From Octopus sinensis (Eukaryota), in assembly GCF_006345805.1 (NCBI RefSeq), contig NC_042997.1, forward strand, positions 210,614,001 through 210,678,000: DNA of 64,000 nucleotides, given 5' to 3'. The notes beneath the pieces were generated by a model. It did not search any database. It saw nothing but the letters and a program-made list of their open reading frames with translations, and had not been told where the DNA came from. Positions 1 through 11,409 of the stretch are shown here, one piece after another. A program made the translations under genes and the position numbers. Position 1 is the stretch's first letter. Each line of letters opens with the position of its first letter.

Positions 1-1436
1 CCCTGGATACAAATAATTACAGAGGTATCAAGCTGTTGGATCAGGTAATGAAGTTACGGAGAGGGTCATAGCCCAACTAATTAGAGAGAGAGTTAGTTTA
101 GATGAGATGCAGTTTGGGTTTGTCCCAGGGAAAAGCACCACTGATGCTATATTCCTGGTAAGGCAGCTGCAGGAGAAATACCTAGCCAAAGATAAGCCCC
201 TGTACCTGGCTTTCGTTGACATGGAGAAAGCCTTTGATAGGGTCCCCCGATCCCTCATCTGGTGGTCAATGAGGAAACTAGGGATAGATGAATGGCTGGT
301 GAGGGCTGTGCAAGCCATGTACAGAGATGCCGTAAGTAAGGTTAGAGTTGGCAGCATGTACACAGAAGAATTCAAGGTAGAGGTTGGGGTCCACCAGGGT
401 TCAGTACTCAGCCCCCTCCTATTTATCATAGTCCTCCAGGCAATTGTGGAGGAATTCAAGACAGGTTGCCCCTGGGAGCTCCTCTATGCTGACGACCTCG
501 CTCTAATCGCTGAGTCACTATCAGAACTGGAGGAGAAGTTCCAGGTGTGGAAGGAGGGTTTAGAATCGAGGGGCCTTAGAGTCAACCTAGCTAAAACCAA
601 AGTACTAATAAGTAGAAAGTTAGAAAATCCACAAATATCCTCAGGAAGATGGCCCTGCTCGATCTGTAGAAAAGGTGTAGGTAGAAACTCTATAAGATGT
701 ACCCAGTGTAAGCTATGGACACATAAGAGGTGCAGCAATGTCAAAGGTAGGCTAACTGGGAAGATAGTTTTGTATGTGGCAGATGCTCTGGAGCATTGAC
801 CTCCGAAAATCTGCAGAAAACAACTTCCGTCACTTTACGGGGGAAAAACTAGAAGTAGTTGATAGCTTCCGCTATCTAGGTGACCAAGTCAGTAGTGGGG
901 GCGGGTGCGCTGAAAGTGTAACTGCTAGAATAAGAATAGCCTGGGCAAAGTTTAGGGAGCTCTTACCTCTGCTGGTGACTAAAGGCCTCTCGCTCAGAGT
1001 AAAAGGCAGACTGTATGATGCATGTGTACGAACAGCTATGCTACATGGCAGTGAAACATGGGCCGTGACTGCTGAGGACATGCGTAAGCTTGTGAGGAAC
1101 GAAGCCAGTATGCTCCGATGGATGTGTAATGTCAGTGTACTTACTCGACAGAGCGTTAGTACCTTGAGAGAAATGTTGTACCTAAGAAATATCAGTTGTT
1201 GTGTGCAAGAGAGACGATTGCGCTGGTATGGTCATGTGGCGAGAATGGATGAAGATAGGTGTGTGAGAAAGTGCCAATCCCTAGCAGTTGAGGGAACCCG
1301 TGGAAGAGGTAGACCCAGGAAAACCTGGGACGAAGTGGTGAAGCACGACCTTCGGACGTTAGGTCTCACCATGGAAATGACTAGAGACCGAGACCTATGG
1401 AAGTATGCTGTGCGTGAGAAGACCCGGCAAGACTAG
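1..1436 (+). pseudogene. RTE-clade LINE reverse transcriptase ORF, 5'-incomplete at window edge; three 1-nt deletions
   Basis: RT motifs NNYRGIKLL, QFGFVPGKSTTDAIF, FVDMEKAFDRV, GVHQGSVLSPLLF, LLYADDL, LEVVDSFRYLG and the RTE C-terminus RRLRWYGHVARM..GRPRKTW. Frameshifts near 53, 768 and 840; no internal nonsense codon once these are corrected. Confidence 0.93.
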
Positions 1437-2058
1437 TGAAGCCATAATCCGTGGCCCCTACCTGGGACGTAGTCAGTCCACCTGTGCATACCTTCCTTCT
1501 TGTGACACTTGTGAAGACCTGTTGAGGCAAGTGAGAATCGAATCAAATCAAATCAAATCAAATCGAACCAAATCAAAATAGATGAACATCAATGGAATTT
1601 GTATCCTTGTGGTACCAGTGCCGGTGGCACATAAGAAAACCATCCGAACGTGATCGTAGCCAGTACCGCAACGACTGGCCTCCGTGCTGAGGGCACATAA
1701 CAAACACCATCCGAGCGTGGCCGTCCGCCAGCCCCGTCTGGCACCTGTGTCGGTGACACATAAGAAAACACCATCCGAGTGTGGCCGTCAGCCAGCCTCG
1801 TCTGGCACCTGTGTCGGTGGCACATAAAAAAACACCATCCGAGCGTGGCCGTCTGCCAGCCTCGTCTGGCACCTGTGTCGGTGGCACATAAAATCACCCA
1901 CTACACTCTCGGAGTGGTTGGCGTTAGGAAGGGCATCCAGCTGTAGAAACACTGCCAGATCTGACTGGCCTGGTGCAGCCTTCGGGCTTGCCAGACCCCA
2001 GTTGAACCGTCCAACCCATGCTAGCATGGAAAGCGGACGTTAAACGATGATGATGATA
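1437..2058 (+). mobile_element. 3' UTR of the RTE LINE with ~58-bp internal tandem repeats and (GAT)n tail
   Basis: Directly follows the RT stop codon. Contains (CAAAT)n, 4-5 units of ggcacataaaaa..caccatccgagcgtggccgt..gccagcctcgtctggcacctgtgtcggt, the ttaggaagggcatccagctgtagaaac motif, and ends ggacgttaaacgatgatgatg. Confidence 0.85.
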
Positions 2059-2108
2059 TATATATTTCGTGAATTCCCCCTATATATGTATATATATATA
2101 TATACATA

Positions 2109-2628
2109 CGAGGATGAGTGAAAAAGTAATGCCATTTTGTTTAGGACAGGTATAATTACCAACACAGGAACATGTCTCATACATCAACATGAAGCTGGTC
2201 CTCTGTGGATCACATCCCTACTTCTCAACATAGTCACTGTTTCTCTCAATAGCAATGTTCCACCTTTGAATGAGAACATGTATCCCTGCCCTGTAAAATT
2301 CTGGTGACTATTCTTCACTACAGTTTTCACTTCCTCATCACTGGACTATCATCTCTTCGGCCCCACGAAAGAGGGTTATTCCAGTGACGAGGAAGTGAAA
2401 ACTGTAGTGAAGAAGTGGCTCAAAGAACAGTCAACAGAATTTTATGGGGCAGGGATCCATGCTCTCATTCGAAGGTGGAACATTGCTATTGAGAGAAACG
2501 GTGACTATGTTGAGAAGTAGGGATGTGATCCACAGAGGACCAGCTTCATTTTGATGTATGATACATGTTCCTGTGTTGGTAATTATACCTGTCCTAAACA
2601 AAATGGCATTACTTTTTGACTCACCCTC

Positions 2629-2629
<1 letters not shown>
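2109..2629. mobile_element. Tc1/mariner fold-back MITE built from two inverted 3' ends
   Basis: TA target duplication; long inverted arms (cgaggatgagtgaaaaagtaatgcc.. / ..ggcattactttttgactcaccctcg). 2341-2520 encodes the mariner C-terminus LDYHLFGP..SSDEEVKTVVKKWLKEQSTEFYGAGIHALIRRWNIAIERNGDYVEK*. Confidence 0.9.
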
Positions 2630-2661
<32 letters not shown>

Positions 2662-2668
<7 letters not shown>

Positions 2669-2830
2669 GGAATTCATGAAAAAAACAAAAGACGAAGACA
2701 GGTGGCGTAGAAAACAAACAGATGTATTAGTATAACGCTCGGGAATTGAAAAAGTCTTTTACGTTTCGAGCCTGCGCTCTTCCACAGAAAGAAACAAGGA
2801 GAGAAAAAAAATGTGTGTAGTGGCTACTGG
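2662..2830 (-). mobile_element. Short PLE-type repeat carrying a minimal hammerhead motif (CUGUGGA core)
   Basis: Minus strand tcttt-CTGTGGA-a-gagc gcag gctc-GAA-ACGT-A-aaaga at 2755-2792; same family as 34.3, 43.1, 47.0 and 57.8 kb. Confidence 0.65.
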
Positions 2831-2854
2831 TCTATCATGGCGACCTGTATATAT

Positions 2855-3215
2855 ATAATAGATAAGGATGCCCTCACTGATGAATTTAATGAGAAGGAAG
2901 AATATCTACAGATTATCGATTCTGCAAAGAAGGAGTCTTGGAAGTGCCACAATGAAAGGCTGTTAAATGTGGAGAAGGGGAGCCTGCCCAGTGTGGATCC
3001 AACAGAGGGGCCAACTATTCGAATCAGCAGTAGCTTACTAGGTAAAACAATTAAGGATATAAAGCAAGGGAAAGCCTCCAGCCCATCAGGGACCACTGCT
3101 GAGAAGCTTAAAATCTCTGGTGGATTGGGGTACAACCTGATCACCTGTATAATTAATCAGGTTGTCCATGAGGTAGTCATACTTAATGATTAGGGTAGCA
3201 GCATTATAGTCCTCT
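2855..3215 (+). pseudogene. RTE LINE fragment (RT N-terminal region)
   Basis: KESWKCHNERLLNVE..GKTIKDIKQGKASSPSGTTAEKLK..NLITCIINQV resembles RTE RT domains 0-1. Confidence 0.7.
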
Positions 3216-3429
3216 GATATTGCTGCACCTCTTATGTGGCCATAGCTTACACCAGGTACATCTTATGGTGTTTCTTCGTATGCCTTTTCTACAGATCAAG
3301 CAGGGCCATCTACCTGAAGGCATTTGTGATTTGTCTGCTTTCCTACTTATTAAGACTTTGGTTTTTGCTAGGTTAACTCTAAGGCCTGTCGATTAGAAAT
3401 TATTATCTTCTATCGAAGTTGATAAAAAA

Positions 3430-3733
3430 ATCAATGGAAATTGTAGTTGTGATACCTGTGCCAGTGGAACATAAAAAGCACCATCTGAACGTGGCTGTTG
3501 TCAGTGCCACCTCGACTGGTTTCTGTGCTGGTGGCATGTAAAAAGCACCAACCGATCGTGGCTGTTGCCACCCTTGCCTGGCACATAAAAAGCACCCACA
3601 ACACTCTTGGAGTGGTTGGCATTAGGAAGGGCATCGAGCTGTAGAAACACTGTCAGATCAGACTGGAGCCTGGTGCAGCCTTCTGTCCAACCCATGCTAG
3701 CATGGAAAACGGACGTTAAATGATGATGATGAT
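3430..3733 (+). mobile_element. 5'-truncated RTE 3' end
   Basis: Matches 1583-2058 including aacatcaatggaa(a)ttgta, the ggaagggcatc motif and the (GAT)n tail. Confidence 0.85.
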
Positions 3734-3930
3734 TAGAAATAATTATCTTCTGTTAAATAATTAAATTTTATTTTAACTGCAAAATAATGTTACTTTACAG
3801 AGAAAAAATCTCATTCAGGTTAATAAATTGATTTGATGAAAAGTCCAGCTATTACATTAATCCTGTCACTAGAAACAATTGCTTATGTAGGCTTCCCCAC
3901 AGTTTCCATTTACCATTATTCCTGTTTCAG

Positions 3931-4078
3931 CTGAATTTGATTCTTCCTGGTGCTGTCAATCTGCCAGATTCTCTTGATGATATTCTCCAACAGAAAGGTT
4001 CCACTGTATATTTCCTCAAAGGAATACCAATTTCTTTACTCATAGAACCAGATTTTTTGGAAGCTTTCTGCAAAAGAG
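3931..4078 (+). CDS. RPP40: RPP40 first exon visible in window (upstream exon(s) not found)
   Basis: tttcag acceptor and ag|gtaaat donor. LNLILPGAVNLPDSLDDILQQKGSTVYFLKGIPISLLIEPDFLEAFCKR aligns from memory with human VSFLIPECGILSEELKNLVMNTGPYYFVKNLPLHELITPEFISTFIKK. Confidence 0.85.
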
Positions 4079-4719
4079 GTAAATCTACCCTTATTTATAA
4101 TAATTCTGTCAAATGTTTCTATAATTTCTGGTTGTGTTTAAGAATGATTGTTGTCTCATTGTCAGCATAAAAACTGACCAACTGACCATTATTACTCTTG
4201 ATTGTTGCATCATTGTCAGCACAGACTGACCAGTAGATCTCAATATGAATGACCCATAAACCAATGGCAGATCCTTTGCATTATTACTTAACCTACTAGA
4301 AATGGCAGTTAAATTTCCCTTAACTCACACTCTTATCTTAAAAAAAGAAGGGCACATTAATGTTTGGCAAAAGACAGGATGGTCAGGGCTAGAAACCCTT
4401 TCACCAAAGGTCTGTTCTCAGGTGCCCCTGAGCGCTCATTGCCTGGCACTTAGTTCTCAGTGGTTCTGTTTTGTTTGGGCCACATTGTGAGTGTACACTG
4501 ACCAACTGACCACATTTCAGTCCAAATGACTCCAATGGCGTCTTTCAATCATCAATTTTTTGACTGACCAACAGAGGGTTTTAATGACTTCATAACTTAA
4601 TTGGAATTTAAATATGATAAATAATATTTAAAGATAATTATAACATAGAAGTATTATTCCCCTTTACCTACCCTCACTTCCTGTTCTACTCCTAGGGTCT
4701 ACACTGACCCCTACTGATG

Positions 4720-5224
4720 CATGGCAAATTTCACTGTGCTGGTGCCACAAAAAAAATGCACCCAGTGCACTCTGTAAAGTGGTCGGCAATTGGAAGGGAA
4801 TCCAGCTGCCGAAACCATACCAAATCAGCCATTGGAGTTTGGTGTAGTGTTTGGACCGGTCAGAGTCAGGCTAGGATGCAAAATGGGCATTAAATGATGG
4901 TGATGAGCAATTGTAATAAAGACTGGCTGCTGTCAGCCTCCCCTGACATGTAAAAAGCACCCACTACACATGGAGTGGTTGGCGTTAGGAAGGGCATCCA
5001 GCTGTAGAAACACTGCCAGATCAGACTGGAGGCCGGTGCAGCCTCCTGGCTCCCAGACCCCAGTTGAACTGTACAACCCATGCTAGTATGGAAAACGGAT
5101 GCTAAACGATGATGATGATGATGAAATATTTTAATCGGTATGCAACGCATTGTTTCATGAAAGATGGATGTTAAATGATGATGATGCAAACAAGAAAAAT
5201 ACAACTCAAAATATGAATATATGT

Positions 5225-5283
<59 letters not shown>

Positions 5284-5520
5284 TATCATTTAATGTCCGT
5301 TTTCCGTGCTGGCATGGGTTGAACAGTTTGGCAGGAACTGACCAGCTGAAGGGCTGTTCGGGCTTGGTTTCTATGACTGGATGCCTTTCCTGATGCCAAC
5401 CACTTTACAGAATGTTCTGGGTGCTTTTACACAGCTGCTGGCTCTCCAGACGTCAGTCAAAATCGTCCAACCCATGCCAGCATGGAAAGCAGACCTTAAA
5501 CGATGATGATGATGATGATT
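4720..5520. mobile_element. Cluster of about four RTE 3'-end fragments in both orientations, separated by (CAT/GAT)n
   Basis: Copies at about 4720-4860(+), 4915-5125(+), 5280-5420(-) and 5455-5520(+) share the aaccgtccaacccatgc..gcatggaaa..gttaaacgatgatg tail. Confidence 0.75.
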
Positions 5521-5699
5521 TACTAAATAACAATGCAGTCTCCTTTTGGTGTGTGGAGTAATATGGATGAGATTAATGGTGGGTGGTATGGAGAGCCATA
5601 AGATCCTTTAGGTGCAGTGGAGAGATTTCCGGTACTGGTGGTGGCACAGAGGTGGAGCCATGAAGAGATTTCTAGTATAGGTGGTGGAGGGCAGGATTG

Positions 5700-5990
5700 G
5701 CCTTGGCCTAAGCAGCATTCACCCGTGGTGGGTTGAGCTGGCTTCATTCATCCTCAATGCTGCATCTCTTAAAAGCGCTGACCTGACCTGGCGATTTGAG
5801 GCTAACGACCGCGTGATCTCCAACCACTCCCTATTCCAGCAGTGAACGCCATAGATATGGGGGCCTAGGTTGGGTTCCAGATCAGCCTTGATTGTCATCA
5901 GCCAGGTTTTTTGTTGTCCACTGCATCGCCAACCCTTCAACCTTTCTCATGTAAATCTCTTCCTGGGCAGGATTGGGTGGGTGCATTGCC
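5700..5990 (-). pseudogene. C-terminal remnant of a second RTE-like LINE
   Basis: GWRCSGQQKTWLMTIKADLEPNLGPHIYGVHCWNREWLEITRSLASNR resembles RTE C-termini (GRxxKTW..I..DL). Confidence 0.55.
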
Positions 5991-6731
5991 AATAAGTAAA
6001 GAGGACAACTTGGTTGCATGAAATAGCAGCCGAGATAGATAGAAATGAGAAGGTCAGAGAGAAAGAGACTTGACTGCCAGAGAAATCATTGCAAAATGAG
6101 GAAAGACTTGGAGTGAGAATCAGGGAAGGAATATTGTGAAAATGAAAATGAGGAACTTCAAGAATTTGAAATTATGAAAGTTTCAATCAAATTATTGTCA
6201 GGTTGGTAAGAACACAAAAGAGATGAATGATGGGCGATTAAGAGAAGAGAAAGGTTTCTTAGTTGGAGAGGTCATGCATGGAATAATAGCAACAGCAAAG
6301 CAGTGTGAAAATGAAGGTGCCATAGGGACGAAAGGGGTTTTTATAAGCCAACAGACAGAAGGGGACAAGAGGATAACTTGATTGCATGAAATAACAGCCA
6401 AGACAGATAGAAATGTGAAGGACAGAGAAAGGGACTTGAGTACCGGAGAAATCATTGCAAAATAGGGAAAGACATGGGTAACTTGATTGCAAGAAATAGC
6501 AGCCAAAATAGATAGAAACAAGAAGGACAGAGAGAGAGAGAAAGAGAGACTGACTGTATATTTTTTATTAATATTTAGCAGAAATAACAGAATGACTCTA
6601 GGTCTGAGAGTTTTATGCAATGGCACTTATCAACTTTGGTAAGTGCCAACACAGGAAACACTTGGACTTTGAATCACTCTGCTACTTCTGCTAAATATTA
6701 ATAAAAATAGAAATATTTTAATAATAATAAC

Positions 6732-6763
<32 letters not shown>

Positions 6764-6781
6764 TTATAATAATAATAATAA

Positions 6782-6995
6782 TCCTTTCTATTGAAGGTAC
6801 AAGGCCTGAAATTTTTGAGGAGGGGACTAGTTGATTACATTGACCCCAGTGCATGACTGGTACTTAATTTATTGACCCTGAAAGGATGAAAGGCTAAGTC
6901 GACCTTGGCGGAATTTGAACTCAGAATGTAGTGACGGGTGAAATACTGCTAAACATTTTGTCCAGCTTGCTAACAATTCTGCCAGCTTGCCACCT
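6782..6995 (-). mobile_element. tRNA-derived SINE, family C
   Basis: Reverse complement has head ggtggcaagctggcagaattgttagc..gagttcaaattccgcc and body gggtcaataaattaagtaccag; shared with copies at 13.2, 23.4, 37.8, 39.2, 52.4, 54.3 and 61.4 kb. Confidence 0.8.
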
Positions 6996-7037
6996 TTAAT
7001 AATTTAATAATAATAATAATAATAATTGTGTTTTCAG

Positions 7038-7106
7038 GTCAACTGTATATGATGTCCCATGGTACAAATATTGATACTCAAGACTGTATAGCATTACTGC
7101 CCCCTG
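7038..7106 (+). CDS. RPP40: RPP40 exon
   Basis: ttttcag|gt..cctg|gtgagt, phase 1-1; GQLYMMSHGTNIDTQDCIALLPP versus human GSCYALTYNTHIDEDNTVALLPN. Confidence 0.9.
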
Positions 7107-7284
7107 GTGAGTTTTTACAAATCATTCAAGATTGGTGTTGTTTCTCAGCCACTTCTGTCTCCTCTCATTTGTTCACCTAATATTTTTGGTCAGAGAATCA
7201 ACAACACAATATTTTGTGTGTGTGTGTGTGTGTGTGTGACTACGAAGATGCTCAGAAAATCTGGTGGAATAGAATATGGCCTGG

Positions 7285-9000
7285 TTACATCATCATCATT
7301 GTTTAACGTCCACTTTCCATGCTGGCATGGGTTGGACGGTTTGACTGAGGGCTGGCGAACCAGATGGCTGCACCAGGCTCCAATCTGATCTGGCAGTGTT
7401 TCTACAGCTGGATGCCCTTCCTAATGCCAACCACACCGTGAGTGTGGTGGGCGCTTTTTACGTGTCACCGGCACAGGTGCCAGGGGAGGCTGGAAACGAC
7501 CATGATTGGTTGGTGCTTTTTATGTGCCGTTGTTCCGGAACATCTGGTGTAGCAGCATTATAGTCAGCTGCTACAAAGGCAAAGGTGATACCTTCCACAG
7601 AAGCCATTCCAGAGGCATCAAATTGCTGGACCCGGTCATGAAAATTACAGAAACAGTCATCAGCTCAACTAATTACGAAATGAGCTAACCTAAACGAGAT
7701 GACGTTTGGTTTTATACTTGGCAGAAACATTAGCAATGCTTGGCACGTAAAATGCACCAATCCGACTGTGGCCGATGCCAGCCTCGCCTGGCACCTGTGC
7801 CGGTGGCACGTAAAAAGCACCCACTACACTCACAGAGTGGTTGGCGTTAGGAAGGGCATCCAGCTGTAGAAACATTGCCAGATAAGACTGGAGCCTGGTG
7901 CAGCCTCCTGGCTTCCCAGATCCCCGGTCGAACCGTCCAACCCATGCTAGCATGGAGAACGGACGTTAAACGATGATGATGATGATGATGATCCTGATAG
8001 TAAAGCAACTGCAGAAGTCATCATCATCATCACCACCATTTAACATCTGTTTCCATTGCTGGCATGGGTTGGACAGTTTGACTGGTAAGCCAGGGAGCTG
8101 CACCAGGTTCCAATCTGATTTGTCAAGGTTTCTACAGCTGGATGCCCTTCCTAACACCAACCACTTAACAGAGTGTAATGGGTGCTTTTTATGTGCCACT
8201 GGCCCAGAGACGTCATTGGCCTGACACCAGCTCTTGGCTTGACAGATCAACACAAGCACGGTATATTGCCAATCATCTTGGTCAACTGTTACTGCCTCCA
8301 TGAGGCCCGACGCTTGAATGGTACATTTTACGTGCTGCTGGCACAGGTGCCCATCAGACAGTTCTGGCATCGGTCACGAATGTGATTTCACTTGGCTCGA
8401 CAGGTCTTCACAAGCACAGCATATCGCCCAACGGTTGGCGGGCGCTTTTAATGGGTCAGTTACATGACACTGGCATCGGCCTTGACTACAGACCTCACTT
8501 GGTTATCCAAAAGCAAATTACTGTATTTGGCATTTATCATGATGTGGGAAACCTCTCATCGGGTCCCTTACTTTCTCATCAGAGAAGACTCTGCTGGTTT
8601 GGGTAAGTAATGAGGACAGCTGCGTAAAGAAGTGGGGGTATAGGTAGGCCCAGGAAGATGTGGGATGAGGTGGTGAAATATGATCTCGGATGTTGTGTCT
8701 CACGGAGTTGATGACAAGTGACCAAGACCCTTGGTGATTTGCTGTGTTTGAGAAGACCCATCAAGCTAAGTGGAATCATAGTCATGGCCAGTGCCAGTGA
8801 CACGTAAAAGGTACCTGTGTTGCTGACAGGTAGAAGGCACCCTGTCCACTCTGTAGAGTGGTTGGTGTTGGAAACCAACTGTGGGAACCAAACCAAACCA
8901 GGCTGGAGCCTGGTGCAGCTTTTCGGATGACCAGTTCTGGTCAAACCATCTAACTCATGCCAACATAGAAAATTGATGCTAAATCATCATCATCATCATC
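7285..9000. mobile_element. Nested RTE fragments: 3' ends at 7285-7530(-), 7740-7995(+), 8030-8500(-); RT fragment 7535-7740(+); ORF end plus 3' UTR 8600-9000(+)
   Basis: WCSSIIVSCYKGKGDT..RGIKLLDPVMKITE at 7545-7660. GRPRKMWDEVVKYDL at about 8640-8690 runs directly into the same 3' UTR motif and a CAT-repeat tail. Confidence 0.8.
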
Positions 9001-9084
9001 ATCATCACCACCACCACCACCATCACCATCATCATCACCACCACCACCACCACCATCACCATGATGATGATGATGATGAACAAA

Positions 9085-9560
9085 CAACATTGCTTGTATG
9101 GTAGTGATGTTTCTTTACAACCATCACATGGTGTCAAGGCAAGGGCAAACACACATATGTACACACACACACGCGCGTATACAATGGGCTTCTTTTCAGT
9201 TTCTGTCCACTGAATCCACTCATAAGGATTTGGTTGCCCAGGGCTCAAGGTGCTGCACAGTGGGACTGAACCCCAAATCAGAGAGTTGGGAAGCAAGCTT
9301 CTTAGGCACACAGCTATGCCTGTGCTTACCCACACTGCGTCTGTCTGTCTGTCTTTTTGTTCATCCATCCACCCATCCATCTGTCTGTTTGTCCTTCCAT
9401 AGGTCTAATGGCTTCTTTCAGTTTCCATCCACAAAATCCCTTCAGAAGGGTTTGGTCAGTTTGGGGCTGTAGTAGAAGGTACCACACAGTGGGAGTGAAC
9501 CTGAAGCCATGTAGCTGGGAACTGAACTTCTTAACCCCACAGCCATGCCTGCACCTATTG
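9085..9560 (-). mobile_element. Two diverged tRNA/CORE-like SINE remnants in tandem
   Basis: Each retains ggcttc(t)ttcagtttc.gtccac..aatcc..c and cagtggga.tgaacc. Confidence 0.6.
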
Positions 9561-9624
9561 TAATTATCAATTATTTCAGCATCTTTGATTAAATAATTAA
9601 TTAAATAATTTTCTTTTCTCGAAG

Positions 9625-9720
9625 GCAAACTTGTGTTGAATGTAACGAAGGAGACGTACGAAAGTTTGGGTCTCGATGGGAAGAGGTCAAAGTTCATTAA
9701 ACATGGACACAACAAATTTG
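9625..9720 (+). CDS. RPP40: RPP40 exon
   Basis: cttttctcgaag|gc..tttg|gtgagt, phase 1-1; GKLVLNVTKETYESLGLDGKRSKF versus human GKLILSLDKDTYEETGLQGHPSQF. Confidence 0.92.
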
Positions 9721-10768
9721 GTGAGTTTACTTCAGCATTCATATCCTCTCCTCCCTTCCCACTTATATCTCTACAGTGTTACCCATTGTATGTTTCCAAA
9801 ACTGTTTTTGGAACTTTTTGCCACAATGGTTAATATCAGGAAATATGTCACACGTACCATAATTATAATTTAACTTTTTATAAAATTTTTTCGTGTCTAT
9901 ACAAAATAATGAAATGGATATTAATTTTGAAAAGAAAAATATTTATTGCTTTAAAATAAACTTAAGAAAATGAATTTCTCGTTTGTATAACTCCCCCCCT
10001 CAACTACTCATTTACCTCCCCTCATATTTATGATTCCTTCTCTCTCTCCCTGTGTGTGGCATTTCTCTACTCATTACCTGCCATCAAGCCTAGTATGTGC
10101 ACACATCCTGCATCTCTTATGTTAGCTCTCTCTCTCTCTCTCTCTCTCTTACTCTCTTCATATAATGTAAAGAACTGGAGAAACCAACCAACCAAGACAA
10201 TGGTACACACCCACCCACACCCCCTTTATCCTCTGTTACTCTCATTGCTCCTACACATCTAACATAACCCCTCACTCTAACATCTTTCATCTTCACACTC
10301 TCCATCTCTAACCATCTCTCCTCACATTCTTATGAAACTTTCCCCTCTGTCCCCACTGACCACCCACCCCGTTCAATCCTCTCTATCACTTCACCTATAT
10401 TCACCCCACCCCACCCCACTGTGCCCCAAGGGTATTTCCCGACACTTATTCACCACCATCTCTCCCATACTCTCCATCTCCTTCTCACCTTCCTTTCCCA
10501 ACTGGTACGTCCTCGTATCTCTTCTACAGCAAGACCCCTCCCCTCTCTCCCTCCCTCTATTATTAACCTCTCATCAACTGGCACAAAGTTTTGAATTAAA
10601 ATCTTCCACCAAACCTTAGTCACAATTTATGTTCCCAACACTAGCTTAATAAGTTATTTTACTAAATTCTTTGTTATATATAAAAGTAATTAAAAGAAAC
10701 ACAGAACATCTCAAAATAAATACAGTAATGAAGAGGTTAATTAATCTTAATGCAATCTTATGTTGCAG

Positions 10769-10894
10769 TGGTAACCATTCCTCTTTTGGATCCAAACTTT
10801 GTTTCTGGTAAAAAGTTCTACGAAAGAGTCAAATGGTGTTTTACAGATCGATTGAATTTGAAGTTCAATATGTTGGCATGTTGGATTCCTCCAG
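10769..10894 (+). CDS. RPP40: RPP40 exon
   Basis: gttgcag|tg..ccag|gtatgt, phase 1-1; VVTIPLLDPNFVSGKKFYERVKWCFTDRLNLKFNMLACW versus human IVSIDL..SKKYERISWSFKEKKPLKFDFLLAW. Confidence 0.92.
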
Positions 10895-10907
10895 GTATGT
10901 CTACCCT

Positions 10908-11117
10908 TACTCTTTACTCTTTTACTCTTTTACTTGTTTCAGTCATTTGACTGTGGCCATGCTGGAGCACCGCCTTTAGTCGAGCAAATCGACCCCAGGA
11001 CTTATTCTTTGTAAGCCTAGTACTTATTCTATCAGTCTCTTTTGCCGAACCGCTAAGTTACAGGGACATGAACACACCAGTAGCGGTTGTCAAGCGATTT
11101 TGTGGGGACAAACACAG

Positions 11118-11152
<35 letters not shown>

Positions 11153-11318
11153 CATATACACGACAGGCTTCTTTCAGTTTCCGTCTACCAAATCCACTCA
11201 CAAGGTTTGGTCGGCCCGAGGCTATAGCAGAAGACACTTGCCCAAAGTGTCACGCAGTGGGATTGAACCCAGAACCATGTGGTTGGTAAGCAAGCTACCT
11301 ACCACACAGCCACTCCTG
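10908..11318 (-). mobile_element. tRNA-derived CORE-like SINE, family B (possibly octopus OR-type)
   Basis: Reverse complement has A box (tggctgtgtgg) and B box (ggttcaatccc), ttgggcaagtgtctt core, internal microsatellite and (aaaagagt)n tail. Confidence 0.9.
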
Positions 11319-11409
11319 TCTACCCTTCACTTTATCTCTTAGAAATATCATCATCATCATTATCATCATCAACAATCTCATTACCATCATCATTGTTTTA
11401 ATGTCCACA

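Noticed and set aside
1895-1960. HDV-like ribozyme in the RTE 3' UTR motif (ccactacactctcggagtggttggcgttaggaagggcatcc)
   Set aside because: Simple hairpins are present, but I could not thread the nested double pseudoknot; an Infernal or RNArobo search is needed.
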